Below, piece after piece: positions 35,486-63,399 of a stretch of DNA of 64,000 nt (its first letter is position 1; each line of letters starts with the position of its first letter). Where the stretch lies: NCBI GenBank assembly GCA_963693365.1, contig CAVNZM010000007.1, positions 5,577,962 to 5,641,961 on the forward strand. The letters run 5' to 3'. The DNA comes from Amoebidium appalachense. Its lineage: Eukaryota > Protista > Ichthyosporea. The notes beneath the pieces were generated by a model. The model had not been told where the DNA came from and did not search any database. It saw nothing but the letters and a program-made list of their open reading frames with translations. Position numbers and translations under genes: made by a program.

Positions 35486-37084
35486 AGGCGGTTGCGTGTG
35501 TGCGTGTAGAAGGCGGTTGCGCGTGTGCGTGTACGGGTGTGTTTTGTGCGGACGTGATTTGTGCGTGCATGCGTGCATCACGGTGTGTGTGTGTGGGTGT
35601 GGGTGTGTGTGCGTGTGTGTGTGTATGTGTGTGTGTGTGTGTGTTCTGGATTATCGCAAATTTTTTAAACCTTCACCGGCCGACATAAAAGTTGTACCGG
35701 TGGTGGTGTTGGTGATGGTGGTGGCGCTAACGGCGGCGGTGGTGGTGATACGTAGGTGTTCACGATAGGTATTGAGTGGCCATGGGTGATAGAAACAGGG
35801 GTGGGGGGGTTGAGGGGGGGCTCCCTGGGGGGGGGGGGGGGGGGGGGGGGGACAGAAATAACAGTTTTGAGTGGGTGTGAAAGCAAACTAGCGAGAGAGA
35901 ACATAACCTTTGAGCACAGAAAAACGTGACCTAAAAAGTGATCTAGTGTAACTGTGTGTGCGGTCAAGGTTCACGTAAATGCATGCGCATTCAAGGATTT
36001 TTTCCCTTTTTATCATCTTAGAGAAAATATATCAGATTCTCTTCATTTGCCTGTTTTGTAAGGCCTTCCCTATCATCATCAGGTTCTTCGTTTCTTTCTC
36101 GAAGCTCTCTACTCTTTTGTCCTTCCTTTCTTTCTGACCTCTTCCTGTTCCTTTTTCTTTCCCTTCTTCATCTTCTTCTTCTTCTTCTTCTTCTTCTTCT
36201 TCTTCTTCTTCTTCTTCTTCTTCCTCTTCTCTTCTTTTTCTGCTTCTTCAAGTCTTCTTCTTCTTCTTCTTCTTCTTCTTTTTTTTTTTTTTTTTTTGGG
36301 GGGGGGGGGGGGGGAGGGGGGGGAGAGGGGGGGGGGGGGGGGGGGGGGAGGGGGTGAAGGATGATCCGAAGAGGGGAAGGGGAAAGCCTCTGTCACGGTA
36401 TTAATATTAATCATTTTGAACTGATTGGGAATCAGATATTTGCGGGTTCCAGTTGAATAGTTACAATCACCTTGCTTGCGCTCTCAACTAGCACAGAGGC
36501 CTTATATGGTTTGATTCTCAATTATTACTATTAAATAAAGACGGAGCTCATTGAATAATCATATACATACTCATGCTATCTGGCAGAGTATTATCTGTTG
36601 CAAATACATAACGTTTCGCATAGCCAAGTAAGTTTGTGGGACACGTGATTAGGTCGCCAGGTGACTTCTAACGCAGGCTACGTTTCCATAGAGTATTTCA
36701 GTGCACGTGGGATAAATTAACAAATGCCGTGTTGTGGCTCTCCTGTTCTGTGGATGTTCTACATCAGAAATGTGAGCACTCATGTGCACTCGTCTACTAG
36801 TAGATCTAATCCTACAAAAAACATCAGCGTTCAAGTACTAAACAGAAATACGGGTATACGTAGCGCATACTGGAAAGAGGAGTCCCGACACATGCATGCA
36901 AACACACGCCGGAGCTTGAGGAGCCTTCCCGCGCACAAAAAACACACTAACATGCACCACGTGTTTAACAGCACATATCATAAATGTGTTGTGTGTATCT
37001 GGGACAGGCAGCTGCCTACCGGTAGTACATGTACTCCGTATCATTCGAATCCAACAAGAGCCTCCATACATCCACCCATTCTAC

Positions 37085-38491
37085 TCACTCTAACACAGGG
37101 GTGCACGGTGATCCCCCTGCAGCCTGGTATCTCGGTGTACTGGGCGAGTAATTTCCTTTCACTGTTAGCAGGCCGGCGGCGCCAGATTGCAAGAAAACTT
37201 CAACAACATCCCACCTCTCCTCCGGACGGCATGTAATAAAACTAAACGGATTATTTTGATTGGCAAACCCTTGCGCTGTTTGCCACACTACCTCATTCAC
37301 GCCGTGCCCGACGTTTACCCCTACAAGCACGATTGGGTAAGCGGGGAGGCTTTCAGAAATACGCTCGTAGAATCCTAGCGACTGTTTCAACGATGCAACG
37401 TCGTGCGTCAAGAACGAAACCACAAACGAATTTGGCGGGCACCCGCGCGTGCAAAAATTGGGCCATTGGATGGTGGGTGGAGGAATGTCTTTTGAAACTC
37501 TCTTAGAGGAACGGCTCTTAGAGCGGCTTGGGAAGCAGCCGCTGGTTCTTTCTGGAAGTGTGGGTGAGATTTGTTCGTCTGCCGGGTGCAGTGAGTTGTG
37601 CGACGGTGCATGCAAACGTGAAGCATTTGTTCCTTCCTGGAAACGAACAATGCTCATACCATGAGGCCGTGCTCTTACTCCTTCTCTCACAAACGCAGCA
37701 TCTGGTAAAACCGTGTCGCTCGGAGTATCCACACTTGTCACGTTTAACGCTGGGATGTTCTGCATGACATATTGAGGCATGCAAGTTGAGGCCACAGTCG
37801 CCTCCGTTCCAAAAAATGTGGGTGGGGAGGATGTAATGAGCGGGAGGTTTGATGGGCTGCTGATTGAGCGACGCTGCTGTGGTGGTGCTGTGACCGCGAC
37901 TGTGGAAGAACTGCTTACACGCTGTTGCTTTCTTTCGCTGGCCACGACGGTGCTATTACGACAGCTATTTCCACGTTTTAGTTTTCCACTGGTGCCATTT
38001 CCATACAACAACTGACTGTCACGCGTGGACCTCACTGACTTGGATTTCACAACCATTGGGATTGCTGTCATACTCGCGCTCGCTTTACTGTCGCCCATTA
38101 CTGCATCCGTCTCCATACAATTAGGGTCTTCAACGAACGTGTAAAACGTAGAATTAGGGCGTGTGGGGGTTGTAGTGTGAAAGTTTGGCGGTGCACTAAC
38201 TTTCCTCGACCTCGTTCTTCGCATGCGCGGAGGGGAAAGCACTGCGGATGCTGCCTGCACCATCTGCACTACCGCGGGTCTGGTCCGGGGACTGTTGGGC
38301 CCGGATGGGGGGCTGTGAAATCCCTCAATATCTTTTGAGGAAAATTTCGAGAGGTCGCGTGAACAGAGGGCATCTCGGAGAGTACACTCGTTAAGGACGG
38401 TGTAGGTGTGGTCGCATTCGCCAAGGCTGATCAGGGCCGCCTGCAGCGCGGCAGACCCCTCGCCTATCATCCATATGTGAAGATGGGGCAT
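37085..38491 (-). CDS. Intronless 468-aa protein; degenerate Ras-like small-GTPase fold split by a long Ser/Thr/Pro-rich insertion
   Basis: Long open frame with no microsatellites. The C-terminal NSFVVSFLTHDVASLKQSLGFYERISESLPAYPIVLVGVNV...TAQGFA...FITC...WDVVEVF follows the beta4-alpha5 pattern of Ras/Rho GTPases. The N-terminal LHIWMIGEGS resembles beta1/P-loop. GKS/T, DTAG and NKxD are absent. The fold call is inference. Confidence 0.7.
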   Translation of the reverse strand: MPHLHIWMIGEGSAALQAALISLGECDHTYTVLNECTLRDALCSRDLSKFSSKDIEGFHSPPSGPNSPRTRPAVVQMVQAASAVLSPPRMRRTRSRKVSAPPNFHTTTPTRPNSTFYTFVEDPNCMETDAVMGDSKASASMTAIPMVVKSKSVRSTRDSQLLYGNGTSGKLKRGNSCRNSTVVASERKQQRVSSSSTVAVTAPPQQRRSISSPSNLPLITSSPPTFFGTEATVASTCMPQYVMQNIPALNVTSVDTPSDTVLPDAAFVREGVRARPHGMSIVRFQEGTNASRLHAPSHNSLHPADEQISPTLPERTSGCFPSRSKSRSSKRVSKDIPPPTIQWPNFCTRGCPPNSFVVSFLTHDVASLKQSLGFYERISESLPAYPIVLVGVNVGHGVNEVVWQTAQGFANQNNPFSFITCRPEERWDVVEVFLQSGAAGLLTVKGNYSPSTPRYQAAGGSPCTPVLE

Positions 38492-39053
38492 TTTTGGACT
38501 ATATGAAGCAATAAACTAAACAACGCGGAAAGTCATGATGAAGGGCGTTGAGGAAAAGGTGAGGTTGAAATGGTGCGCATGCTTGGAGAAAAATTCCGCT
38601 TTGCAAACTTCGTATTGTTTTCGCATTTTGCTCTTACACTGTTCGGTATAAACTATTTGGCGTAACCTTCATAATGTTCCTACTGTGCTGATTGACTGTA
38701 CTTTCCGTAGCGCTATTTCTGGCTCAAAAGTTCCGGTAGTATGTTGTTGCACAGCTTGGCATCAGCAAAAAAATGATGAGGTTCGATGGAGGTTCGACTT
38801 ATTATATAATTGCGAAGGCATTCAAACCGCCTATTAGCACACATGATATGCATGTTTTTGATTGGTCAAAACAAAATGTATCTACTTATAGCTAGATGCT
38901 ACTGGTTCGATAGATTATGTGCCATAGCGCCATTTGATTGGATCTAATTGCATCAGAAAGAATGTGCAGTTGTCAGTTGTAGCTATGCATGTCACACTCT
39001 CACAGAACGACAGTCTCTCACTGTCACAGTCGGAAGTTCACTTTGACGGAATA

Positions 39054-39110
<57 letters not shown>

Positions 39111-39435
39111 TTGCCCCCCCCCCCCCCCCCCCCATCCCCTCAAGGTCCCCTCTCCTTTGCTCCCTCCCTCCTACCTCTGCCCCCCTTCCGTCGGCCTCCT
39201 ACGAACACAGGAGCTGCACGGTTAGAAAGACTTCCAGCACGCCATGTGAACACAAAAGCGATCTAACCTGTAAGTTCAAAGAAGGCCTGAGCAGTACGGG
39301 GCACAATGTTGGAATGGGCAAGATATACCACACGTTCGTAGAACTTCTTCCCTTCCTCACTCTAATAGGTTGTACAGAAACATCCGATTTACGTTCCTCG
39401 GAAGGCAAAGCTTAGGGAACACGCACCTAGCCATC

Positions 39436-48647
<9,212 letters not shown>

Positions 48648-48915
48648 GGTTTTTTGGTGGTTTTGCGGTTTTTTAGGAATGTTCCTTCCTGTTTTCTCGA
48701 AGTACCGGTTGACTAAACGTAAGGGCATGTATGGCAGCACATGCACAAGGCACACAGTACCACATACAAGCACAAGTTCAAACACACATACGTATGAACA
48801 CAGCACAGCACACACACACATGGAACACAGCACAGCACACACACACACCGAAACAAACACGGGTGCTCACACGTGTGCGCACTTGCGCGCATACACACAC
48901 ACATGTGATCGAATG

Positions 48916-48958
<43 letters not shown>

Positions 48959-49563
48959 CCACTCATTCACACCTATCATAGTGTAAAAAGACACAAATCG
49001 AGAAGTTCTGTTTTCGAATGAACACATGCACGCATGGACACACGACCCTATTTTCAGTAATAGGTTAAGGTCGTCGATTTTGGCTTATTTTTATTGCGTT
49101 ATTCTGGCAGCCGACCATTTTCTGATACACAAAACAATTCAAGACAAAGACAAGTTTAAACCAAACATATAATCGGGTAAGACAAGCCCGAGCTATTGAA
49201 CACTGATGTATTTTAAGTACTCACATGAACGGATGCATGAATAGCTCTTTCTGCATATGATCCATGTACAGTGAATGTGTAAGTTTCCTCTTTCAAATCT
49301 TTCAATAACCTCGCCAAGTTGCGTGTCGGCGTAAATGTAGACCGAGTCTTGACAAATGCAAAAACACAACTGCCTGTTACTAAAGTGGAATATAATAAAC
49401 AAAAGCTTGATCCAATTCTTGTGCCCTCTTTTCAGGCTTCAACAGTTACAGATGAGATTAGGCTCTATAAATATTCCTGTTTTTTTTTTTTTGGTTTTAT
49501 ATTGCACTCTGATAAAGTGTATGACAATTTTTCAACTCAGGCCTAGGGGGAAAGTTGTTAGAC

Positions 49564-49959
49564 AGTCCACATCGTCATCATGATACTTGTAGGCTTTTAG
49601 TGTAAGTAGTCCACATCGTCATCATGATACTTGTAGGCTTTTAGTGTAAGTAGTCCACATCGTCATCATGATACTTGTAGGCTTTTAGTGTAAGTAGTCC
49701 ACATCGTCATCATGATACTTGTAGGCTTTTAGTGTAAGTAGTCCACATCGTCATCATGATACTTGTAGGCTTTTAGTGTAAGTAGTCCACATCGTCATCA
49801 TGATACTTGTAGGCTTTTAGTGTAAGTAGTCCACATCGTCATCATGATACTTGTAGGCTTTTAGTGTAAGTAGTCCACATCGTCATCATGATACTTGTAG
49901 GCTTTTAGTGTAAGTAGTCCACATCGTCATCATGATACTTGTAGGCTTTTAGTGTAAGT
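49564..49959. repeat. Perfect tandem array, 9 x 44 bp
   Basis: Unit AGTCCACATCGTCATCATGATACTTGTAGGCTTTTAGTGTAAGT starts at 49564, 49608 ... 49916. No spacers and no mismatches seen. Confidence 0.97.
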
Positions 49960-50274
49960 AGAGGGAGAGGGACAGTCTGAGAGAGAGGTTGTGATGGTTC
50001 AACAGCTGAGTACATACATATATCTACCGGCTCACATAGGCACAGTAGTCTAAGAGCTTGTGACTCCTTTGAGGGACCACAACTCCTTGAGTGAGCTCGA
50101 GTTTTTCATTGGAATCATATATGACAAACTAGAAACCAGGCCCTGTTGTTTCGTTGCAAGTAGCACTAGTCTGCCTATCAATATTTCCTTCACCACACCT
50201 TGCGAAGTAATGGGGGCTAACATATGCATGCCCGGGTCCATGGCCATGGCACTTATATATAAATGCGTGCATGC

Positions 50275-50313
<39 letters not shown>

Positions 50314-51618
50314 TTCCCCCCCCCCCAACACACACACACGCACACACACGCACACACACCACGACGTGCACACTTCCGGTCCCGGTCCCCAGGCTCCTGC
50401 CCGTGAACCCCCCCCTTCCCCCCCCCCCTCTCGAGGCCTCCCCCCCCCCTCCCCCTCACACGCACACGTGCACACGCACACATCGGCACACACCCACACC
50501 CACACAAACACCCACCCACCCACCCACACGCAACAAAACACGAGAGTGATCCATGTGAACTAAATACACTCACTACACACAGCACATACGTGCGCAAACT
50601 TTCAAGCACGAGAGAGGTATGTTTGGTGCTGGAACATGTCCACGTATTATAACCATCGATTGTGTAGTAGCTAGCCATAGATTGCCCCAGATTCGACTTG
50701 GTTTATTAACTTCCTTCTGTTTCACAGTGGCTTTATTTTTGGATATTTTTTTAGGCCTGTGCACACCAGGTGCACTGTCTACCTCTACTGTTACCGCTAT
50801 CATATCAACAAATATTAATGTTCCATATAAGGAAGCATTGGTCTAACAGACCAGAAACTATGTATGTAAATATGTACCATCTTAGGAAATACAGCCGAAC
50901 AAAATATTACGCAGCCAATCAAATGGCACCGCCCACAGGGGCAACCTAAGAACACTTATAGCAAATGTTCCAAAAATGGTATCTTACTCAAGTCGTGGTT
51001 TGAGGACTGCTCTAGAAATATTCAAAACCGTATGGTACAAGGTGGTTCCTCGGGGAAACAAAAAAAAGAAGAAAGAAAGAAAAAAAAAAAAAAAGAAAAG
51101 AAAAGGAGGAGAATAAAAATCGATAACGGAACATGATTTAGCGCCATTCAGACTCACACAGTAAAAGATTTTGCGCAGAAATCTTTCTGCATAATCGAAG
51201 GGCCAATCGGAAAAGGCTAACTCCTCCGACTCACCCACAATGATTCGGTAAAAAGCTAGAACGGCAGTGTTTCTTGCTATCAAGTATACGTAAGTGCGTA
51301 TGTATGGCCCACATTCTCGATGTGTGCGTGTACGTGACTTTCGTTCAGCAGTGTACACAAACAAATCTGGTACTGAACTATCATGATGCCTTTGAGCCTG
51401 CCCCTGCCCATTTTGTTGAGTGTGGGCGCGGCCGCCCGTGTACGTGTGCGTGTGTGCCTGTGTGTGTGTGAGTGTATGCTGGTGTGTGTGTGCATGCGCC
51501 AACGTGTGCGTCACGTGTGTGTGCGCGTACATTGGCTACTCCTCGTACCATCGGAGTTGAAGATTTTTCTGGTGCTCAGTACCTGAGAAAAAGCTGTGTG
51601 TGTGTGTGTGTGTTTGGG

Positions 51619-51656
<38 letters not shown>

Positions 51657-51671
51657 CTTTGTGGCCAACAT

Positions 51672-57471
<5,800 letters not shown>

Positions 57472-58199
57472 GCGATTCGAGCGTGAATGTGCTATTCTTC
57501 CATGGAGAGCTATGGCATAGGTCTGAAAGATGCCCTTGGCTCTAGATACGCATGTCCAGTTCTTTCGCCCCTGCCTCAGGTTTGCTGGATCATGTCTTTG
57601 CACAGCCCAAAATGCGTTTTACTTCATGCAGGCACATAGGCAAGTAACCAGGCACGCAAGGGATTGAAATAATAATAGGAAGGAATAAAAGGGCAGAGGG
57701 TTGGGAAGGGGGGAGGGGAGGTCAGGTAAGAGGGGGAGCGGGAGAGGTGTGGGAAAGGCGGGAGGGGGGAAAGTGAACCTGACAGAGCAGGGCGAAGAGC
57801 TTGGCATACCACATTCCTCAACATTTTTATGATCCTAGTAGAAGATGAAAAAAATAACCTACAGGAACGAATAGCTAGAGTACATATATTCACTGGGGAA
57901 TAAACTTTCTTGACCCAACGAGCGTACGTGTGTGCGTGCTGTGTTTGTGAGTGTGTGTGTTGGCCAAAGGCTCCTTATCACCCCTTGGTGTTGGCGCCAC
58001 GTGGCGTGGCTCGCTGTGAGCCGCGTGGGGTGTTACGCAACCCAAATATTTGAACGATTCCGCGAGATTACCACCTATAGTTATATAAATCGTGCGATGA
58101 TTGGTTAGAAGGACTGTGGTGCGCTATAAACAAATCAAACCATGCCAAGTATAGCTAGATATGGACATGTGAGCCTCCGAATTGCGAATGCCGACAGCC

Positions 58200-58560
58200 G
58201 TGAGAGATAGCCCAATTCCGGAAATAAGTGGAAATCATTTTTCCGGAAATTTCCGGAAATATTATGGAAATTACACCGACCCAGATAGGCAAGTCGGAGG
58301 TATTTTTCGAATTAAAATGTTGGAAATTGGAAATTTTTGGAAATTTCCGGAAATGTCCATTTTCCATGACTAAGGTGGAAATTTCCAAAATTTCCACTCG
58401 TGTATGTAACTGTGAACTGAGAGGCATTTCCATCTGATTTCCGGAAACTGGTGGAGATCATATGGTGATATGTACTTGTTCAAGTATCTACATAGTTTTG
58501 TTGTTAAAAGGCAAAGGCATTCCCTGTTTTTCTAAGGTTCCTGCATTTTCAAGCGACAAT
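58200..58560. repeat. Dispersed repeat rich in palindromic TTTCCGGAAA / GGAAATTTCC motifs
   Basis: 58427-58530 is homologous to about 60008-60110. Motif clusters also occur at 59925-59975 and 60335-60670. No TIR or TSD identified. Confidence 0.65.
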
Positions 58561-58565
58561 ATTCA

Positions 58566-59843
58566 CGAAATGTCCTATCCCCAATCTCTCTCCCATTCCA
58601 AGATATCCTTTTAAATACTTATCTCCTTTATTTTTCTCTTCTACTAGTTATCAGCAGTATGTTAGTGCGAAATGTCCTATCCCCAATCTCTCTCCCATTC
58701 CAAGATATCCTATTACTTATCTCCTTTATTTTTCTCTTATACTAGTTATCAGCAGTATGTTACGTGGTTTCATACTCAATATCCTTTGCTTCATGTGCGA
58801 AATGTCCTATCCCCAATCTCTCTCCCATTCCAAGATATCCTTTTAAATACTTATCTCCTTTATTTTTCTCTTTTACTAGTTATCAGCAGTATGCGGGTTT
58901 TCTAGGGGACGGGCCCGTGGGGATTGCTTTCTCGCTCGGATTTGGTCTGCATTGCTCTTTAAAGGGCTGACTTGCTTGCTGTGCCCCGGTAGGTTTTGAG
59001 GGGGGCCTGTTGGGGGGCAGCAGTAATAATGTCTTCTTGCGGAGTGTGGCCTGGTCATCATCGCTGCATATGACTAGTTGGAGCAAACTAGCCTGAGTTT
59101 CAGCATACACGTGCACTTGTACCTTTGCCCGCTGGTGTCCTTTGGTCACTTGTTGTTTTATTTTTTATTTCATCGCTGTGGCTCTTTCGAAGTCGGTTAT
59201 TTTGGTGGTCATGTAGCCTGTGGCTGCACGTTGCCTTCATATCCACTGGACCACTGATCAATAAATCCCAGTCAAGAGAAAAAATGTTAAGTGGTTTCAT
59301 ACTCAATATCCTTTGCTTCATCGTTGTGATAAAGAGTATCATGGTAGGGCTCTTGAGTGCTTCTTTTTATATTAGAGACTCGTCTCAGTTCTTTACAATC
59401 GTTGTGTAAATTAGCTACTTATATTTATCCTTCCTCTCGTAAACCTACCACACTTACCGATTTTGCAATTCTAACACCTCCTTGTGATATAGCTTGGAAA
59501 TGTTTATTTTGGCGCTGTAACCTTTGTTTCCATAAATGTTTGTGCCACTTTTGTGCAGAACCTTTTTCTCGTAAACACTTAGATAGATGTATTTATTTAT
59601 CTCACATTATTCCGTCAGAAATTAGAAGACTGGCTTATTTAGATAATCCTGATATTACGTCTATTGACTATCTGTTGAACCACGGTATGTTTAATGAGTT
59701 TTCTAGGGTGTGTGATTATTTAAGTCGCTATCTCCTCCATATCCGAGAGTGAGGGCTTTTGTATTTTCTTCTCCGAGATATCGGTGATATCTCGATGGCT
59801 TCTATTTTGCTGAGCATATCAATAACGTCATTATAAAAAAAAA
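58566..59843 (+). mobile_element. Rearranged LINE 3' fragment: three tandem ~100-130-bp pieces, ~400-bp unrelated insert, then the 3' end with an A-tail
   Basis: 58566-58893 repeats the reverse complement of about 61500-61600 three times. 59291-59843 matches the reverse complement of about 60943-61490. A-run at 59835-59843. Confidence 0.85.
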
Positions 59844-60928
59844 CAATATTCACACATATGTGTGTGTGTGGGGGGGGGGGGGGGGGGGGGAGTGTGGAGG
59901 GGAGGGGGGGGGGGGGGGGGGGGGATTTCCAAAAATTGGAAAGGTGGATCCGGAAATTTCCAAAAATTTCCAACAGCTTAGGTAAGAAGAGGGCGGCTTT
60001 CCATTCATTTCCGTCTGATTTTGGAAACTCGTGGATATCATATGGCGATATGTACTTGTACAAGTATTACATAGTTTCATTCATTAAGAAGAATAGCTTT
60101 CCCTGTCGTAAATCTGAGGTTCCTGTGGTAGTATATGTAGTACTAAATGCATGCATACGTCCACGTGTACTGCGCTCCATGCATGCATACATACAGTGGA
60201 GCTATAGGTTTCTTGGCGTGAACCTTCACATGTTATTAGTAGGCTTGGGGGAAAGGGCCCCCGGGGTGGAGGGGGGGGGATCCGGAAGGGAGGGAGGGTG
60301 AGGCCTCGCAACAGGCGGAAATATCCTCCGATCAGTTTCCATGGAAATTTCCTAAATTTCCAATATCTGTGATATCTCCAGCTTGCTTCTCTTTCATGAG
60401 CCTATCAATAAAGTCAGTTCTAAATAAATAAAAAAAAGATTCCAACTCTACTTGAGGTCGGGTGCGATTTCGAAACAGAATTTTCCAATCAGCAACGTTT
60501 CCATCAAACCTTAAAAGGCTCATATTTAGTGACTATTTTTGATTAGCGTCGGAAATTTCCGGAAAATCAAGGAATTATTTCCATTGGATGCAACATCTGT
60601 CTGAGTAATTTATCGATTTTGTGAGGTGGAAATTCACAAAAGTGGAAATTTCCGGAATATTTCCGGAATTAGGATATTTTACGAAAATCGGCCCACCTTC
60701 CCCTCCCTCGCCTCGAGTCCCCCCCCCCCCCCCCCCCCTCCCCCCCCCCCCCCCCCCCTCGCGGTCATGATCGCGGCTACCACGTGCTTTCTGCCCCACC
60801 CAAAGCAGACCAAAGGGGATCTAGCCTACGTTCGTCTACATAGTAGCTATTTGTGCACGTCAACTGATATGTTTGTGCCACAACAATATCAGAGCAGGTT
60901 ACTGTAGTGACATACACTTGGTAAGTAC

Positions 60929-62983
60929 TTTTTTTTTTTTTTGACTTTATTGATATGCCCAGCAAAATAGAAGCCATCGAGATATCACCGATATCTCGGA
61001 GAACAAAATACAAAAATGCCCTCACTCTCGGATACGGAGGAGATAACGACTTAAATAATCATACACCCTAGAAAACTCGTTAAACATACCGTGGTTCAAC
61101 AGATAGTTCATAGACGTAATATCAGGATTATCTAAATAAGCCAGTCTTCTAATTTCTAACGGAATAATCTGAGATAAATAAATACATCTATCTAAGTGTT
61201 TACGAGAAAAAGGTTCTGCACAAAAGTGGTACAAACATTTATGGAAACAAAGGTTACAGCGCCAAAATAAACATTTCCAAGCTATATCACAAGGAGGTGT
61301 TAGAATTGCAAAGTCGGTAAGTGTGGTAGGTTTACGAGAGGAAGGATAAATATAAGTAGCTGATTTACACAACGATTGTAAAGAAAATAGACGAGTCTCT
61401 AATATAAAAAGAAGCACAGGCTCAAGAGCCCTACCATGATACTCTTTATCACAACGATGAAGCAAAGGATATTGAGTATGAAACCAAGCCTTGAAGTAAC
61501 ATACTGCTGATAACTAGTAGAAGAGAAAAATAAAGGAGATAAGTATTTAAAAGGATATCTCGAAATGGGAGATAGATTGGGGATAGGACATTCTGCACGA
61601 ACATTAGAAATGCCGGGAACAGGTGCTAAAGAAGGAAAGAATTGCAACAAAGGATGATAAGAAGGAAGCCTAACCAAATGAAAACAAAAGCGAAGTCCTA
61701 ATTCATTCATACGCTGGCGCGCCGGAGGGAGACCAAAAACACTCGGCAAGGGAGCCGCCAAAGGATGCCTACGCGAGGTTTGAGAAATAAACTGGATGAA
61801 TTCACGCTGAAAGGAATCGAATTCCCGAAGAGCCGTGCGCTGTTGCCGGGGAGGGGCACACAAGAGCAACGGGAGGCCATATTCGAAACATGGACGAAGA
61901 AAAACTTTATAAAGAGTGAGCAAATTGGCAGGATGAATATTAGAGATATTTGCGAATATTCCTTGATAGATATGTAAGCGACCACGCGCACGAGAAATGC
62001 GCGAAGTCAAAAGGCGCTCAAACCAGATACCCTTAGAGGTGAAAGGAATGCCTAAATAGAAATAGGAGGACACGATTGGGATAGGTTGATTGTTCAGAGT
62101 GTAGTGTGCATTGGAAGAAAAGGTGCCGCATTTATCTATCCCAATTTTCATGAAATTTCGGAAACACCAGTCATCTACTCGAGAAAGCATGTTATTCATG
62201 ATAGAAGGATCGTGAGTGACTAAGACAATATCATCAGCGAAAAAAAAGGCCGGAGACACAAGAGTCGCCGGCAACTGGAAATTGTTGAATTTCTACCGCT
62301 AAGTCGTCAATAAAGACATCAAAGGGAAGGGGACTCAAAAGTGAGCCCTGTAAAAGGCCTCGAGTACGATTGAATCCGTTACTCAGTACCCCATTCACAA
62401 CGGCAGCCCCATGGGTGCGGTCAAATAACGCCTGAAGTAGCCGACCAAAGGGAAGAGGTAGCCCTCGAGAGGCCAACTTGTGCCACAGCAAATTCGTTGG
62501 AACCGTGTCATAGGCATTCTTAAGGTCGATAAAGCATACCTCGCGACATCCAGAACGAATAGTGTCGTATAATAGAAGAGCATGAGTATAGCACGAATAA
62601 GCATGCCGAAATCCGCCCTGAATGTTGCTCAACCGAAAGACATTCGATAAGGTCTCATGCTTGTGGAAGACACGCATTATGCAGGACTCGAATAGGCGAC
62701 GAAATATGTTAGTTAAGGTGACTGGCCGGAAGGAAGAAATCGGACCAGTAGAGACCTTCTTGGGGACTGGATTAACGATGGTGTCATTCCACGACGAAGG
62801 AATGAATCCCAACTCATAGAAGGCAGAAAAAAACTCGCTCACCAAATTTGCAAAGGGGGGTGGAGGCGGCGTATTCCCGCCTTTGGTAATAACGGGCGGA
62901 GGGCACAATGCCTTAAGAAGCGCGGGTGGAAGGGCATCCGGACCACAAGCCTTCTTGGGGTTTAGGGCAGAGATAGCACGTTG
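60929..62983 (-). mobile_element. 5'-truncated, frameshifted non-LTR retrotransposon (LINE)
   Basis: RT motifs KKACGPD, FRPVTL, QGGFR, FIDLKNAYD, GLLQGSLLSP, FADD and YFYLGIPF, plus a Cys/His C-terminus (FCAEPFSRKHLDRC...YLLN). Frameshifts near 62240-62275 and about 61485. AATAAA and poly(A) (T-run 60929-60942). The 5' end abuts (CA)n and no endonuclease domain remains. Confidence 0.92.
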
Positions 62984-62996
62984 TGTGTCTGTGTGT

Positions 62997-63057
<61 letters not shown>

Positions 63058-63348
63058 CTAGAATTTAATAGTCCGATGATGTGTGTGTGTGTGTGTGTGG
63101 AGGGGGGAGGGGGGGGGGGGGGAGGGGGGGGGACGACACAAGGAAAAAAAAAAAAAAAGAACACTCTAAGGTTTGAAGGAAAGGGCTAATGGGGAATTGG
63201 ATCAATTTTAAATTAGAAAAATGCGCGCGTGTATGTTTGTTCCTTACAATAGAAAATTATTCTCGGGAGAGGGAGAGGTTGGGTGGTGGTGGTGGTGGTG
63301 GTCACGGGTGGTGGTGGTGGTGGTGGTGGTGGTGGTGGTGGTGGTGGT

Positions 63349-63399
<51 letters not shown>

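Noticed and set aside
49564-49959. CRISPR array
   Set aside because: The units are contiguous and identical, with no spacers and no cas genes, in a eukaryotic context.
58195-60779. Single hAT element bounded by CAGCCGTGA / TCGCGGCTA
   Set aside because: Only 7 of 9 bases are complementary and there is no matching 8-bp TSD.
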